This document shows positions 7,637-17,856 of a stretch of 64,000 bases of DNA, piece by piece. The DNA comes from Clostridia bacterium. Lineage in GTDB: Bacteria > Bacillota > Clostridia > Oscillospirales > CAG-272. The DNA is taken from assembly GCA_017467085.1 (NCBI GenBank), contig JAFTSW010000008.1:1174-65173 (forward strand), given 5' to 3'. The notes under the pieces were generated by a model, which worked only from the letters and a program-made list of their open reading frames with translations, did not search any database and was not told the origin of the DNA. Position 1 is the stretch's first letter, and every line of letters begins with the position of its first letter. A program made the translations under genes and the position numbers.

Positions 7637-8677
7637 TCAGTTGGCGCTGTCATACAGAGCCAGAATTTCCTCACGGGATGCGGAGCCCGTCGTGTGTAGC
7701 TTTTTCACGCAAACGCCCGACGCCAAAGAGCCGATAGCGCCTGCCTCTGCCGTTTCAGCCCCTGCCGCCAAGGCAAGAGAGAAGGCGGAAAGGAAGCAGT
7801 CCCCGGCGCCCACAATGTCAAAGGGCGGGGAAAGCTTGATAGCGGAAATGGGCGTAAAGTCACCGCCGCGGTATACCATACTGCCGCGGTCCCCCAAGGT
7901 TAAGCAAACGGAGGAATCGGTCTTTTCGCTAAGCGCAACGGCGGCAGCCTTAATAGCCGCCTCGTCTGCCCTTTCACGGCTCAGCGCATCGTCTGCCATG
8001 CCTAAGGCTCTGGCGCATTCGATTTCGTTGGGCTTAAGAATACAGTTGCGGTACAGCCCGATTTTCGAGCGGCTGTCTACCACCGTCAAAAGTCCGCCCT
8101 TGGCAAGCTCGTTGATGCGCTCTCGAATTTTCGGGGTGATGCAGCCCGAAGCAAATTGGTCGCTGACGCACAAAAGGTCCGCTCCCTTAGTAGCCTCGTT
8201 CAGCTTTTCCAAAAGGGCATCCTCTGCCTCCTTGGAAAGAGGCGTAAAGCTTTCAAAATCAAGCCTTGGGTCCTCCATAACCTCAGCAGAGAAGCCACGG
8301 CGCATAGGCTTGCAGTAGGCGTTGGTGACACGGTCATCCACCTCCACCAGGTACTCGGTGGAAATCCCCTGCTTCTTCAGCACCTCCAAAAGGCACGCAC
8401 CGCGCCAGTCCCGTCCCACAATACCGACAGGCAGGAAGCTGTCACAAAGCACCGACATATTCACCGCCGCATTGCCGCCCGCACCCGCCGACATTTTCTC
8501 CTCCACCACAGGCAGAGGAAAATGAGGCGTTTCACGGGAAAGCACGCTCTGGGTCATATCGGCGAACCAATACACGTCAAGGCACATATCGCCAATCAAA
8601 ACCGCCTTTACCCCTTGAATACCGTCTAAAAGGGCAGTCAGTCTTTTTCTGTCTATACGCTGTTCCATAGTAAGCAT
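7637..8677 (-). CDS. PfkB-family carbohydrate kinase, HldE/RfaE domain-I-like
   Basis: 346 aa. N-terminal VLIGDMCLDVYW...PGGAGN-like pattern and C-terminal DIVGAGDCFLSAF (PfkB signature 2). Confidence 0.8.
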   Translation of the reverse strand: MLTMEQRIDRKRLTALLDGIQGVKAVLIGDMCLDVYWFADMTQSVLSRETPHFPLPVVEEKMSAGAGGNAAVNMSVLCDSFLPVGIVGRDWRGACLLEVLKKQGISTEYLVEVDDRVTNAYCKPMRRGFSAEVMEDPRLDFESFTPLSKEAEDALLEKLNEATKGADLLCVSDQFASGCITPKIRERINELAKGGLLTVVDSRSKIGLYRNCILKPNEIECARALGMADDALSRERADEAAIKAAAVALSEKTDSSVCLTLGDRGSMVYRGGDFTPISAIKLSPPFDIVGAGDCFLSAFSLALAAGAETAEAGAIGSLASGVCVKKLHTTGSASREEILALYDSAN

Positions 8678-8715
8678 CTTCCTTCTGATGAAAATATATC
8701 TGAATATATCAACTC

Positions 8716-8744
8716 ATTGTAGCACGAAATCGGCGGCTTGTCAA
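8716..8744 (-). promoter_or_regulatory. sigma-A type promoter for the kinase operon
   Basis: The minus strand reads TTGACA, 17 nt spacer, TACAAT. Confidence 0.55.
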
Positions 8745-8786
8745 CTGTTTGTTAGTAAAATTAACTAAAAAATGGCGCAAGGGCAT

Positions 8787-9467
8787 TCATAAAACAACAG
8801 GCACCTCGTCCTTGATAAAAAGAGCGTCCTCTTTCACGGTACAGGTGAAGGCGTGTATCCCAACGCCCCCCGCCTTCGCCTCCCGAAGCGCCTGAGCAAA
8901 GGCAGGATGGGTTTCGGCGTTGGGGGTGAAATAGCGGCAGTCCTCTACCTGTAAAATAAAGAAAACGTGGGCTTCAAGCCCTGCCGCTACCGCCTGGGTC
9001 AGCTCTCGCAGATGCCTGACGCCTCGCTCCGTTGGCGCATCGGGGAAGAGAAGAACCCCGTCCCTTTCCAGGGTAACGCCCTTGACCTCCACCAGAATTT
9101 GCCTTCCTTCTGCCTCCAAATAAAAATCAAAGCGAGAATGCAGATATGTATACTCGGGCTTTAAGAGGGACACCCTGCCAAAAAAATCGGTTTCCCCTGC
9201 CCATTCGCCAAAAACACGGTTAGGCGCCTGGCTGTCCATATTGATTAAAAGCGAGCCCTTGTAAACCGCCACTAAATCGTAGGCGGTTTTTCTCGTCCCG
9301 ACCTCGCTCCTTTCCAGTATCACCGTTGCCCCGGGCACCAATAGTTCTCGGCAGCGCCCCGTGTTTTTTACGTGGCATATCTCCCGTTTGCCGTCTATCT
9401 CCACCTCGGCAATAAAGCGGTTGGGGCGTGAAAGAAAAATTCCCCTTTTGACGTTGCGGTATTGCAT
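8787..9467 (-). CDS. sfsA: sugar fermentation stimulation protein A homolog (SfsA)
   Basis: Start MQYRNVKRGIFLSRPNRFIAEVEIDGKREICHVKNTGRCRELL is the typical SfsA N-terminus. The upstream in-frame extension in the ORF track is judged non-coding. Confidence 0.9.
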   Translation of the reverse strand: MQYRNVKRGIFLSRPNRFIAEVEIDGKREICHVKNTGRCRELLVPGATVILERSEVGTRKTAYDLVAVYKGSLLINMDSQAPNRVFGEWAGETDFFGRVSLLKPEYTYLHSRFDFYLEAEGRQILVEVKGVTLERDGVLLFPDAPTERGVRHLRELTQAVAAGLEAHVFFILQVEDCRYFTPNAETHPAFAQALREAKAGGVGIHAFTCTVKEDALFIKDEVPVVL

Positions 9468-9541
9468 AGCGTCCTCCCTTTGTATGTTGAAGCAATAAGC
9501 GAAAAACAAGCCCCAAGGCTTTTGCCGTTGGGGCAAGGAAA

Positions 9542-10540
9542 TCAGGCTTCTTCTGCTTTTTTGGCAGGCTTTCCGTCGTATTTTTTCCAAAACGCCTTGA
9601 CGGTGCTCTCGTACTTGTCCTGCTCTACCCAATAGCTGAGCCCGTGCTCAGCGCCGGGAACAATCAAAAGCTCCTTGGGCGAGGCGCACGCCATATAGTT
9701 CTGATAGGTCATTTCTACGGGCACGAACTTGTCCGCCGTGCCGTGGACAAATAAAACGGGAACAGTCGCCTCACGCAGGGCGTCCTCGCAGGAATAGCAG
9801 GACTCGGCGTTGGTGATGCGGCGGTACGCCTTGTCAATCCGTGCGGAAATAAAGCCGTAGGGCATATGCAGATTATCCTTGGCAACATGCCGCCAGATGG
9901 CCTTTGGCGAGGTGTAACCGCAGTCCGCCATAATGCCCTTGACGGTAGAGGGGAAGGGAAAGTCCGCGGTCATCAGAACGGTGGAGGCACCCATTGAGAT
10001 ACCTGCCAGATAAATGGGCAGCTTGCCGCCTGTGCGCTCGTGAATGTACTTCACCCAGGCAAAGCAGTCGAAGCGCTCAATGGGACCGAAGCCCATATAA
10101 TCACCGCCGCTGGCGTTCTGTCCTCTCTGTTCCGCATACAGCACCGAGCTGCCGTTTTTGTGCCAGAAATCCGCAATACCGCCGAAGTCGCGGCTCCAGG
10201 CAGAGCGCCAGCCGTGCATAGCAATAATAACACGCTTGGGTTTTTCTGCCTCAAAATAGTGCCCAACCAGAGAAATTCCGTCCTCTGCCGTAATGGTGAC
10301 GGTCTCCTTGGCGGTTTCCTCCAAGCGCTCGGAAAGTGCCTTGACAGCCTCTAACTTTTTTTCCTCCTCCTTGGTGGAGCCGCTGACACGCCGTCTTCCC
10401 ATCTTCAGCTTGGAGGAAAGCTTGCGCTCCAACGCCAGATTGGTCATAATGTCGGTTAAGGTGTTCTGTACAGCAACGACAGCGGCCGTTGCCAAGCCCA
10501 GTCCTACACCCAATAAAAGCGTTTTCTTTCCGTTTTTCAT
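9542..10540 (-). CDS. membrane-anchored alpha/beta hydrolase
   Basis: N-terminal TM helix, nucleophile elbow GISMGAS, and C-terminal HGTADKFVP. Confidence 0.8.
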   Translation of the reverse strand: MKNGKKTLLLGVGLGLATAAVVAVQNTLTDIMTNLALERKLSSKLKMGRRRVSGSTKEEEKKLEAVKALSERLEETAKETVTITAEDGISLVGHYFEAEKPKRVIIAMHGWRSAWSRDFGGIADFWHKNGSSVLYAEQRGQNASGGDYMGFGPIERFDCFAWVKYIHERTGGKLPIYLAGISMGASTVLMTADFPFPSTVKGIMADCGYTSPKAIWRHVAKDNLHMPYGFISARIDKAYRRITNAESCYSCEDALREATVPVLFVHGTADKFVPVEMTYQNYMACASPKELLIVPGAEHGLSYWVEQDKYESTVKAFWKKYDGKPAKKAEEA

Positions 10541-13500
10541 CAGTTTTCTCCTTTTAGCTTTAACCGCTCCTTGGCGGTTGTCATCATCAGCTTGATGCGG
10601 TTCAGCTGATTAACCTCGCTGGCGCCGGGGTCATAGTCCACCGCCACGATATTGGCTTCGGGATAGGTGGACTTAATTGCCTTGATAACGCCCTTGCCTA
10701 CCACATGATTGGGTAAGCACGCAAAGGGCTGAATACAAACAACGTTGGGGGTGCCGTGGGTTACAAGCTCCAACATTTCACCCGCTAAGAACCAGCCCTC
10801 GCCGTATTTGTTGCCTAAGGAAAGGAAGGGCTTGGTAGCCTCGGCAATCTCTTCAATGGCGCAGGGGGCGTCAAAGCGGCGGCTTCTCTCCAATGCCTTC
10901 ACGGCAGGCTGGCGCACACGGGCAACCGCCCAAAGCCCCAGATGGGAAAAGAGATGTGAGGTATATTTGCCGCCTAAATGCTTCCACTTGTAGGTGGCGC
11001 CGTACAGGCTGTAATTAAAGAAGTCGATAAGGTCGGGGACCACCGCCTCGCCACCCTCTGCCTCAATTACCTCTACCAGGTGGTTGTTCGCCAAGGGCAT
11101 ATACTTGACCAAAATCTCGCCCACGATGCCGACCCGTGGCTTTCGCAAGCCCTCTTGCAGAGGAAGCATATCAAAGTCCTCTACGATGCCGCGGCAAACG
11201 TCAGCGTAGCGGTACCTGCTCTTGGGGTTGGTCAGACAGTCAACAGAGGCATCGCGCCACTTGCGGTGCAGGGCGTTGGCAGAGTCGGGAATCTGCTCGT
11301 AGGGACGGGTGCGGTATAAGCAGCGCATCAATAAGTCCCCCAGCACCAGCGCCTTTGCCGCCGCCAGAAGCATAGAGGGAGAGAAGGAGAAGCCGGGGTT
11401 TTTCTCCATACCGTTGGCGTTCAAGGATATAACGGGAATGTGAGAAAGCCCTGCCTTATCCAAGGCGCGGCGAATAAAGGAAACGTAGTTGCTGGCGCGG
11501 CAGCAGCCCCCCGTTTGCGACATTATAATCGCCAGGCGGTCGGTGTCGTATTTGCCAGACAAAACGGCTTGCATAAACTGTCCCACTACCGTGACGGAGG
11601 GGTAGCAGGCATCGTTGTTGACAAATTGCAGACCCGTGTCAATCGCCTCGCGGTTATCGTTGTCCAAAATCTCCAGGTTGTAGCCGCCAAGACGGAAAAC
11701 GGGCTCTAAAATATCAAAATGAATAGGGGACATCTGGGGGGCTAAAATGGTGTAGCCCTCCTTTTTCATCTCCTTGGTGAAAATAGCGCGGCGGTACTGA
11801 TAGGGAGAGGGAAGGGGGTAAATGCCTCTCTCCTCGCGCAGACGCATAGCCGCCAAGAGGCTTCGTATACGAATACGGACGGCTCCCAGGTTGTTCACCT
11901 CGTCAATTTTCAGTACGGTATAGAGTTTATTGCTTTTTTCTAAGATTTCATTCACCTGGTCGGTGGTAACGGCATCCAGTCCGCAGCCAAAGGAGTTTAA
12001 CTGCACAAGCTCCAAATCTCGCCGTGTGCAAACAAACTCTGCCGCGGAATAGAGTCTGGAATGGAATACCCATTGGTCTACAACGCGCAGTGTCCTGTCG
12101 GTTTTCGGATTGACAGGGAGGCTGTCCTCGGTAAAGACGTAAAGCCCAAAGCCCGCAATCATCTCGGGAATACCGTGGTTGATTTCGGGGTCAACGTGAT
12201 AGGGACGCCCCGCCAACACGATGCCACGGGCGCCCTTTTTCTCCATTTCCGCAAGCAGGCGCGCGCCCTCGCGGCGAATATCCTCCTTGGCGGCAAGCTG
12301 CTCGCGCCAGGCAAGCGCGGCGGCGCGCTTTACCTCGCCCTTGGGAATGGAAAACGCCTCGCGGCAGAAGTCTATTAAGCGCTTCGTTGCCACCTTCTCG
12401 CTTGTGAAGGCGATAAAGGGACGCAAATACCGTACCCCCTCGCTTTCAATAGACTCCATATTGTTTTTCAAATTTTCCGCATAGGAAATGACGATAGGGC
12501 AGTTATAGCGGTTGGCGGCATTCTCCGTTTCCTTGCGCTCGTAGTAAACGCAGGGATGGAAAATCGTCTTAACCCCCTGCTGTATCAGCCATTCGGCGTG
12601 ACCGTGGGCAAGCTTGGCAGGATAGCATTCCGATTCGGAAGGGATTGACTCCATACCAAGCTCGTATAGGGACCTGGTAGAGAAGGGTGAGGTCACCACC
12701 GAGAAGCCAAGCGCACGGAAGAAGGTAGCCCAGAAGGGGTAATTTTCGTATAGATTCAGTACCCGTGGAATACCGATAACCCCACGGGGTGCCTCCTCCT
12801 TAGGAAGGGGCTCGTAGTCAAATATGCGTTTTTTCTTGTAGGCAACCATATTGGGCGCCGCCTCGTTGCGCGAAGCACCGCCGCTGCCCTTTTCGCAGCG
12901 GTTGCCCGTAATATGTACCACGTCCCGATGTCCCTCGGCAGAGAAGCGGTTGAAGGTCAGCATACAGTTGTTCTGACAGCCGCCACAGCGACGGGAAACG
13001 GAGGTATAGCGCAGGGCGGCTATCTCCTCTAAGGAAAGAAGGGTGCTTTTTTGCCCCGTATAGTGCGCCTTGGCAAGCAGGGCGGCGCCAAAGGCGCCCA
13101 TCAGTCCCGCAATGTCGGGGCAAATCACCTGGCAGCCTGCAATCTTCTCAAAGGCGCGAAGCACCGCCTTGTTGTAGAAGGTGCCTCCCTGTACCACAAT
13201 ATGCTCGCCCAAATCCTTGGCGGAGGAAAGCTTGATAACCTTAAAAAGGGCGTTTTTAATAACCGAGTAGGCAAGCCCCGCGGAAATGTCCGAAATGGGA
13301 GCGCCCTCCTTTTGCGCCTGCTTCACGTTGGAGTTCATAAAAACGGTACAGCGGGTGCCCAAATCCACGGGATTTTCGGCGAACAGCGCCTCTTTGGCAA
13401 AGTCCTCGGCAGAATAGCCCATAGAGGCGGCAAAGCTTTCAATAAAGGAGCCGCAGCCCGAGGAGCAGGCCTCGTTCAGCACCACGCTCTCCACGCAACC

Positions 13501-14796
13501 GTCCTTCAGGCAGATGCATTTCATATCCTGTCCGCCAATATCCAGAACGCAGTCTACCGCAGGATTGAAAAAGGCGGCGGCGGTGGCGTGGGCAATGGTT
13601 TCCACCTCGCCCTCGTCCAGACGGAAGGCGGTCTTTAACAGCCCCTCGCCGTAGCCCGTGGAGCAGGCTCTGGCAATATACGCCCCCTCGGGCAGCTTCT
13701 TTTGCAGGTCGGCAAGCGCCGCGCGGGCGGTTTCAATGGGACTGCCCTCGTTGCCGGCGTAGTAGGAATAGAGCAAAGCCCCGTCCTTGTCCGTCAGGGC
13801 AATTTTCGTGGTGGTAGAGCCGGCGTCAATGCCCAAAAAGCAGGGACCCTCATACAAGGCAAGCGCCCCCTTGGGTACCTCTGCCTCTCCGTGACGGCGG
13901 CAAAAGGCGTCATACTCCGCCCCGTTTTCAAACAGAGGCGCCAGACGCTTGATTTCATAATCCAGGCGCACGCCCTCGCCTAAGCGCTCCACAAGCCCGT
14001 CAAGCGCAAGAGGCTCCACCTCCGCCGCATCCAAGGCGGCACCTAAGGCGGCAAAAAGGTGGGAGCTTTCGGGGTCGACAACCTCCTCCTCGGTTAAACG
14101 CAGGGTGCGGATAAACGCCTTCTTCAGCTCGGGCATAAAGTGCAAGGGGCCGCCTAAAAAGGCAACACAGCCCCGAATGGGCTTGCCGCAGGCAAGACCC
14201 GAAATGGTCTGGTTGACCACCGATTGGAAAATAGAGGCGGCAAGGTCTGCCTTGGTGGCACCCTCGTTGATGAGGGGCTGAATATCCGTCTTGGCAAACA
14301 CACCGCAACGGGCGGCAATGGGATAAATCTGCTTGTAATCCTTGGCAAACTCGTTGAGTCCCTGGGCGTCTGTCTGTAAAAGTGCCGCCATCTGGTCGAT
14401 AAAGGAGCCCGTGCCACCGGCGCAAACGCCGTTCATACGCTCGTCAAGCCCGCCCTTGAAATAAATAATCTTGGCGTCCTCGCCGCCAAGCTCAATGGCA
14501 ACGTCGGTTTGGGGCGCAACCTGCGCGATAGCGCCTGCCACCGCCACTACCTCCTGTAAAAAGGGAATGGCGAGCGCCTTGGAAAGCCCCATAGCTCCGG
14601 AGCCCGTGATTTTGACGCGAAGCGCCTCGGCACCCGTTTGCGCCTTAGCCTCCAAAAGAAGCGCGCGGAGGGTTTCCTGGGTCTTTGCCATATGGCGCCG
14701 ATAGGCGCTGTATACGGTTTCATTCTTTTCGTTCAAAAGCAACAGCTTAACGGTGGTAGAGCCAATATCTATGCCCGCTCTGTATATCATCTTCAT
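10540..14796 (-). CDS. fused BadF/BadG/BcrA/BcrD-type ATPase (two activase modules) plus 2-hydroxyacyl-CoA dehydratase-like domains
   Basis: 1418 aa. There are two actin-fold activase repeats (GIDIGSTTVK..., GIDAGSTTTK...) with Cys pairs. A large C-terminal region is typical of the CoA-substrate-specific enzyme activase related proteins. Confidence 0.8.
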   Translation of the reverse strand: MKMIYRAGIDIGSTTVKLLLLNEKNETVYSAYRRHMAKTQETLRALLLEAKAQTGAEALRVKITGSGAMGLSKALAIPFLQEVVAVAGAIAQVAPQTDVAIELGGEDAKIIYFKGGLDERMNGVCAGGTGSFIDQMAALLQTDAQGLNEFAKDYKQIYPIAARCGVFAKTDIQPLINEGATKADLAASIFQSVVNQTISGLACGKPIRGCVAFLGGPLHFMPELKKAFIRTLRLTEEEVVDPESSHLFAALGAALDAAEVEPLALDGLVERLGEGVRLDYEIKRLAPLFENGAEYDAFCRRHGEAEVPKGALALYEGPCFLGIDAGSTTTKIALTDKDGALLYSYYAGNEGSPIETARAALADLQKKLPEGAYIARACSTGYGEGLLKTAFRLDEGEVETIAHATAAAFFNPAVDCVLDIGGQDMKCICLKDGCVESVVLNEACSSGCGSFIESFAASMGYSAEDFAKEALFAENPVDLGTRCTVFMNSNVKQAQKEGAPISDISAGLAYSVIKNALFKVIKLSSAKDLGEHIVVQGGTFYNKAVLRAFEKIAGCQVICPDIAGLMGAFGAALLAKAHYTGQKSTLLSLEEIAALRYTSVSRRCGGCQNNCMLTFNRFSAEGHRDVVHITGNRCEKGSGGASRNEAAPNMVAYKKKRIFDYEPLPKEEAPRGVIGIPRVLNLYENYPFWATFFRALGFSVVTSPFSTRSLYELGMESIPSESECYPAKLAHGHAEWLIQQGVKTIFHPCVYYERKETENAANRYNCPIVISYAENLKNNMESIESEGVRYLRPFIAFTSEKVATKRLIDFCREAFSIPKGEVKRAAALAWREQLAAKEDIRREGARLLAEMEKKGARGIVLAGRPYHVDPEINHGIPEMIAGFGLYVFTEDSLPVNPKTDRTLRVVDQWVFHSRLYSAAEFVCTRRDLELVQLNSFGCGLDAVTTDQVNEILEKSNKLYTVLKIDEVNNLGAVRIRIRSLLAAMRLREERGIYPLPSPYQYRRAIFTKEMKKEGYTILAPQMSPIHFDILEPVFRLGGYNLEILDNDNREAIDTGLQFVNNDACYPSVTVVGQFMQAVLSGKYDTDRLAIIMSQTGGCCRASNYVSFIRRALDKAGLSHIPVISLNANGMEKNPGFSFSPSMLLAAAKALVLGDLLMRCLYRTRPYEQIPDSANALHRKWRDASVDCLTNPKSRYRYADVCRGIVEDFDMLPLQEGLRKPRVGIVGEILVKYMPLANNHLVEVIEAEGGEAVVPDLIDFFNYSLYGATYKWKHLGGKYTSHLFSHLGLWAVARVRQPAVKALERSRRFDAPCAIEEIAEATKPFLSLGNKYGEGWFLAGEMLELVTHGTPNVVCIQPFACLPNHVVGKGVIKAIKSTYPEANIVAVDYDPGASEVNQLNRIKLMMTTAKERLKLKGEN

Positions 14797-14856
14797 CTCC
14801 TGTTGGATAAATTTTCCAAGTAATAATACATATTGTATAGGAAAAACAAGAATTTT

Positions 14857-15486
14857 TTATGACCTTTTTCCTTTGGAAAAGTAAAATTTATGCTCTTCTC
14901 CCTTGCAAAGGCGTCGGATGTTCTCCCGATGACGCCAAACCATAAAAAGCACCTCTATAGCGCAAATACCGAAAACCCAGAGCGAATCCATGCCCCAGAG
15001 CCACAGGGAAGCCACGCCAAGCGCCATCGCCACCATGGTGGAGAGGGACATATAATGGGTGGTAAACAGCAAAAGAGCGAGAACGGCAGTCGCCACAAGC
15101 CCTGCCCGTACGTCCACGAACCAGACCGTGGACATCAGAACCAAAAAGCCCTTGCCACCCTTAAAGCCGTAAAAAACGGGAAAGGCGTGCCCTATCATAC
15201 AAAAGGCGCCCGTGTAGGCGGCACCTAACTGATAGGAGCCTGTATGGCGAAGGAAGAGGGAGGCAAATAACGCAATCGCCAGCGCCGCCTTGCCCAAATC
15301 CAATACCATCACCAGCCAGGCGAATCTGCCGCCGAAGCTTCTTTTGAAGTTGGTAAAGCCGGGGTTGCCGCTGCCTACCGTCCGAATATCCTGCCGATAG
15401 AGCAGCTTGGAAAGGAAAATGGCGGGATTCCAGGCGCCGATGAGATACCCAAAAAGGGCAGCGAGAATAAAAAGCCAGAGTTTCAT
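14857..15486 (-). CDS. plsY: glycerol-3-phosphate acyltransferase PlsY
   Basis: Start MKLWLFILAALFGYLIGAW; motif GSGNPGFTN; multi-pass membrane protein. Confidence 0.9.
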   Translation of the reverse strand: MKLWLFILAALFGYLIGAWNPAIFLSKLLYRQDIRTVGSGNPGFTNFKRSFGGRFAWLVMVLDLGKAALAIALFASLFLRHTGSYQLGAAYTGAFCMIGHAFPVFYGFKGGKGFLVLMSTVWFVDVRAGLVATAVLALLLFTTHYMSLSTMVAMALGVASLWLWGMDSLWVFGICAIEVLFMVWRHRENIRRLCKGEEHKFYFSKGKRS

Positions 15487-15544
15487 ACGGAGGGGCTCCT
15501 TTCGTTGTTGCGGGAAAACCAAAAGGGGGTATTACCCCCTCTTG

Positions 15545-16438
15545 TCAGTCAATGGTAAAGGTGATTTCCTTGCCAAAGGCAAAAACGCCAATGGCATCGG
15601 GTCCGATAGAGGAGCCGACGATGGGGCCTATGTAAACCGATTCAATGGCGGCGGCAGTGGGAATTGCCTCGGCAAGAAAGCCCTTTAAGGCGTTAATCTC
15701 GTTCTCGCCGCAGTCTGCGTGGGCAATATAAACGGTTTGCTTTTCGGGCTCGATAATACTTTCCTTCAAAAGTGCCGCTAACTCCTTCAAGGAGGTCATT
15801 CTGCCCCGCACCTTCTTAAAGGCGGCTTGGGTGCCGTTGGCGTCGGAAATGATAATGGGCTTGACCCCCATCAGATTGCCGAAAAAGGCGGCGGAGCCCT
15901 TCACGCGCCCTGCCTTGTACAGCGCGTCAAGGGAATGAACGGTCACGTATTCGTTGACTCTGTTCCGCATATCCAAAACGGTGTGAAGAACCGTGTCGAT
16001 ATCCTTGCCCGCACTAACCAGCTTGGCTGCCTCAATGGCAAGCATTCCCTCGCCAATGCTGGCGTTCAGGGAATCCACGCAATAGATTTTGGCATCGGGA
16101 TAGCTGGCAGAGAGCTGCTTGGCAACCACCGAGCCCGCATTCACCGAGCCCGACTGCTTGGAGGAGCAGCCAATATAAAGAATATCATATCCCTCCTCCA
16201 GATACTTTGTGAAAACGGACAGAAATTCCGCCGTGGGTACCTGGGTGGTGGTCACGCGCCTTTTATCGCGCATCACGTTATAAAGGGTATGGAATTCTTC
16301 ATCGGACATCGTCAGAAGCGCGGGGCTCTCCTTGCCGTCCAGAACGGTACGCATCTTCAGATAGTCAATATTGTATTTCTCTAACAGTCCTTGGTTCAAA
16401 TCGCCGCAGGAATCGGTTAATACCTTGATAGGCCGCAT
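15545..16438 (-). CDS. DegV-family fatty-acid-binding protein
   Basis: 297 aa. N-terminal IKVLTDSCGDL, with DegV-like similarity across the full length. Confidence 0.9.
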   Translation of the reverse strand: MRPIKVLTDSCGDLNQGLLEKYNIDYLKMRTVLDGKESPALLTMSDEEFHTLYNVMRDKRRVTTTQVPTAEFLSVFTKYLEEGYDILYIGCSSKQSGSVNAGSVVAKQLSASYPDAKIYCVDSLNASIGEGMLAIEAAKLVSAGKDIDTVLHTVLDMRNRVNEYVTVHSLDALYKAGRVKGSAAFFGNLMGVKPIIISDANGTQAAFKKVRGRMTSLKELAALLKESIIEPEKQTVYIAHADCGENEINALKGFLAEAIPTAAAIESVYIGPIVGSSIGPDAIGVFAFGKEITFTID

Positions 16439-16576
16439 AAAAAATACTCCTTTGTCTTTTATGGCGACATTCTACCTCCCTAACCGCAACAAAACCTCAA
16501 TTTTGACAGTTTTTTACAAAATTTTTCAAGAAAATAAAAAGCGGAACGGCAATCATCCGTTCCGCAGCCGGGCGCG

Positions 16577-16987
16577 TCAGGTTTTTTTATGCAGAGTGGC
16601 GTGACAAACGGGGCAGTGAAGGACAATTTCCCCCTTCCCCTTGGGTACACGCAGGGAGGCGCCGCAGCGGCACTTGAAGTAGCGATGGGTTTTTCTGTCG
16701 CGCCGCTTGTTTTTCTGCAAGCGAAAGAAGCGGCTGATTCTGCCCGTGAATTTCTGATAGACGGCAAGCTCTCGCCGCCGCTTGGGAATGTTGCGGGAAA
16801 AGGTGCGGAAAAACGCCCAGAAAAGCAGGAGCATATATACGATGAAGAGGGGCAAGCGCCAGAAAAACATCGATAAAATGCAAACGATAAGTGCCAGCCA
16901 AACGGTGTGACGGGAGAGGGTATCCTGCCCGTATCTGCCTGCCATAAACCGCTGTACACCAAGGGCCATTCTTTGAAAAAATCTCAT
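16577..16987 (-). CDS. small membrane protein with C-terminal zinc ribbon
   Basis: Start taken at MRFFQRMALGVQRFMAGRYG so that it does not overlap the upstream gene. One or two TM helices, then CRCG...CPVC. Confidence 0.55.
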   Translation of the reverse strand: MRFFQRMALGVQRFMAGRYGQDTLSRHTVWLALIVCILSMFFWRLPLFIVYMLLLFWAFFRTFSRNIPKRRRELAVYQKFTGRISRFFRLQKNKRRDRKTHRYFKCRCGASLRVPKGKGEIVLHCPVCHATLHKKT

Positions 16988-17030
16988 ACTCGTTGCGGCT
17001 TTGAGAAAGCCGTCCTTTCCAAAAAACTTT

Positions 17031-17738
17031 TTATAAAAGCGTGTCGATATACGCAAGAAGAGAAGCAAAGTCGCCGTGGGGATAGGTGGCAATATCCCGT
17101 TCCTTGGGGTTGAGCAGGCAGTCCGTCAGCAGAAAAACACGGTAGCCAAGCTCCCTTGCCATCATATCCTCCTCCACGTCGTTGCCCACCATAATAGCCG
17201 TGTCGGGAGAAATACCGCATACCCCTTCAATCTCGCGGTAATAGAGAGGGTTCGGCTTGCAGAAATGGCTGTTTTCATAGTAGGTCACGTGGGAAAAATC
17301 CGAGGGCGACAGCCCTGCCCAGCGAATACGGGATTCGGTGGCAACCCTGGGGAAGAAGGGGTTGGTTGCCAGAACGAGGCGAAGCCCCCGTTCCTTCAAG
17401 GCGGCAACCAAGGGTGGCACCTGGGGAGAGGGTGAGGTGACGGCTATCACCTCTTGAAATTCATTCTTGTAAAAATCGTCAAAAAGGGCGCTTTCGTTTC
17501 GTATCGCGGGACCTAATTCCTTCTCGAACACAGCCCAGAAAATTTCCTCGTTGGTCAGCTCGCCTGTGTTTTTCACCATAGCGCCAACACCGTGCCAAAG
17601 GCTTTTTACGACGCCCTCGGGAGAGTAGCCGCGAGAGGCTAAGCGGCGGGCAAGACGGGTGGTATATTCCTTGGTAAACGCCGCTTGGTTCATAGGAAGC
17701 AGGGAGCCGTCAAGGTCAAACAGAACGGTTTTCAGCAT
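17031..17738 (-). CDS. HAD-superfamily hydrolase
   Basis: Motif I FDLDGSLL at the N-terminus and motif IV GNDVEEDM. Confidence 0.85.
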   Translation of the reverse strand: MLKTVLFDLDGSLLPMNQAAFTKEYTTRLARRLASRGYSPEGVVKSLWHGVGAMVKNTGELTNEEIFWAVFEKELGPAIRNESALFDDFYKNEFQEVIAVTSPSPQVPPLVAALKERGLRLVLATNPFFPRVATESRIRWAGLSPSDFSHVTYYENSHFCKPNPLYYREIEGVCGISPDTAIMVGNDVEEDMMARELGYRVFLLTDCLLNPKERDIATYPHGDFASLLAYIDTLL

Positions 17739-17816
17739 AAGGACCTCCGCTTTATACGCATATGATAGCGGTAGTATAGCACTTTATCGTGAACAACGTA
17801 TGAATTTTCGGGGATG

Positions 17817-17850
17817 AAAAAAACGGAGAAATGTGAATTTCTCCGTTTTT
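17817..17850 (-). terminator. terminator closing the aromatic supraoperon (bidirectional shape)
   Basis: acggagaaat / atttctccgt stem flanked by an A-run and a T-run, directly after the DAHP synthase stop. Confidence 0.8.
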
Positions 17851-17856
17851 GACCGT

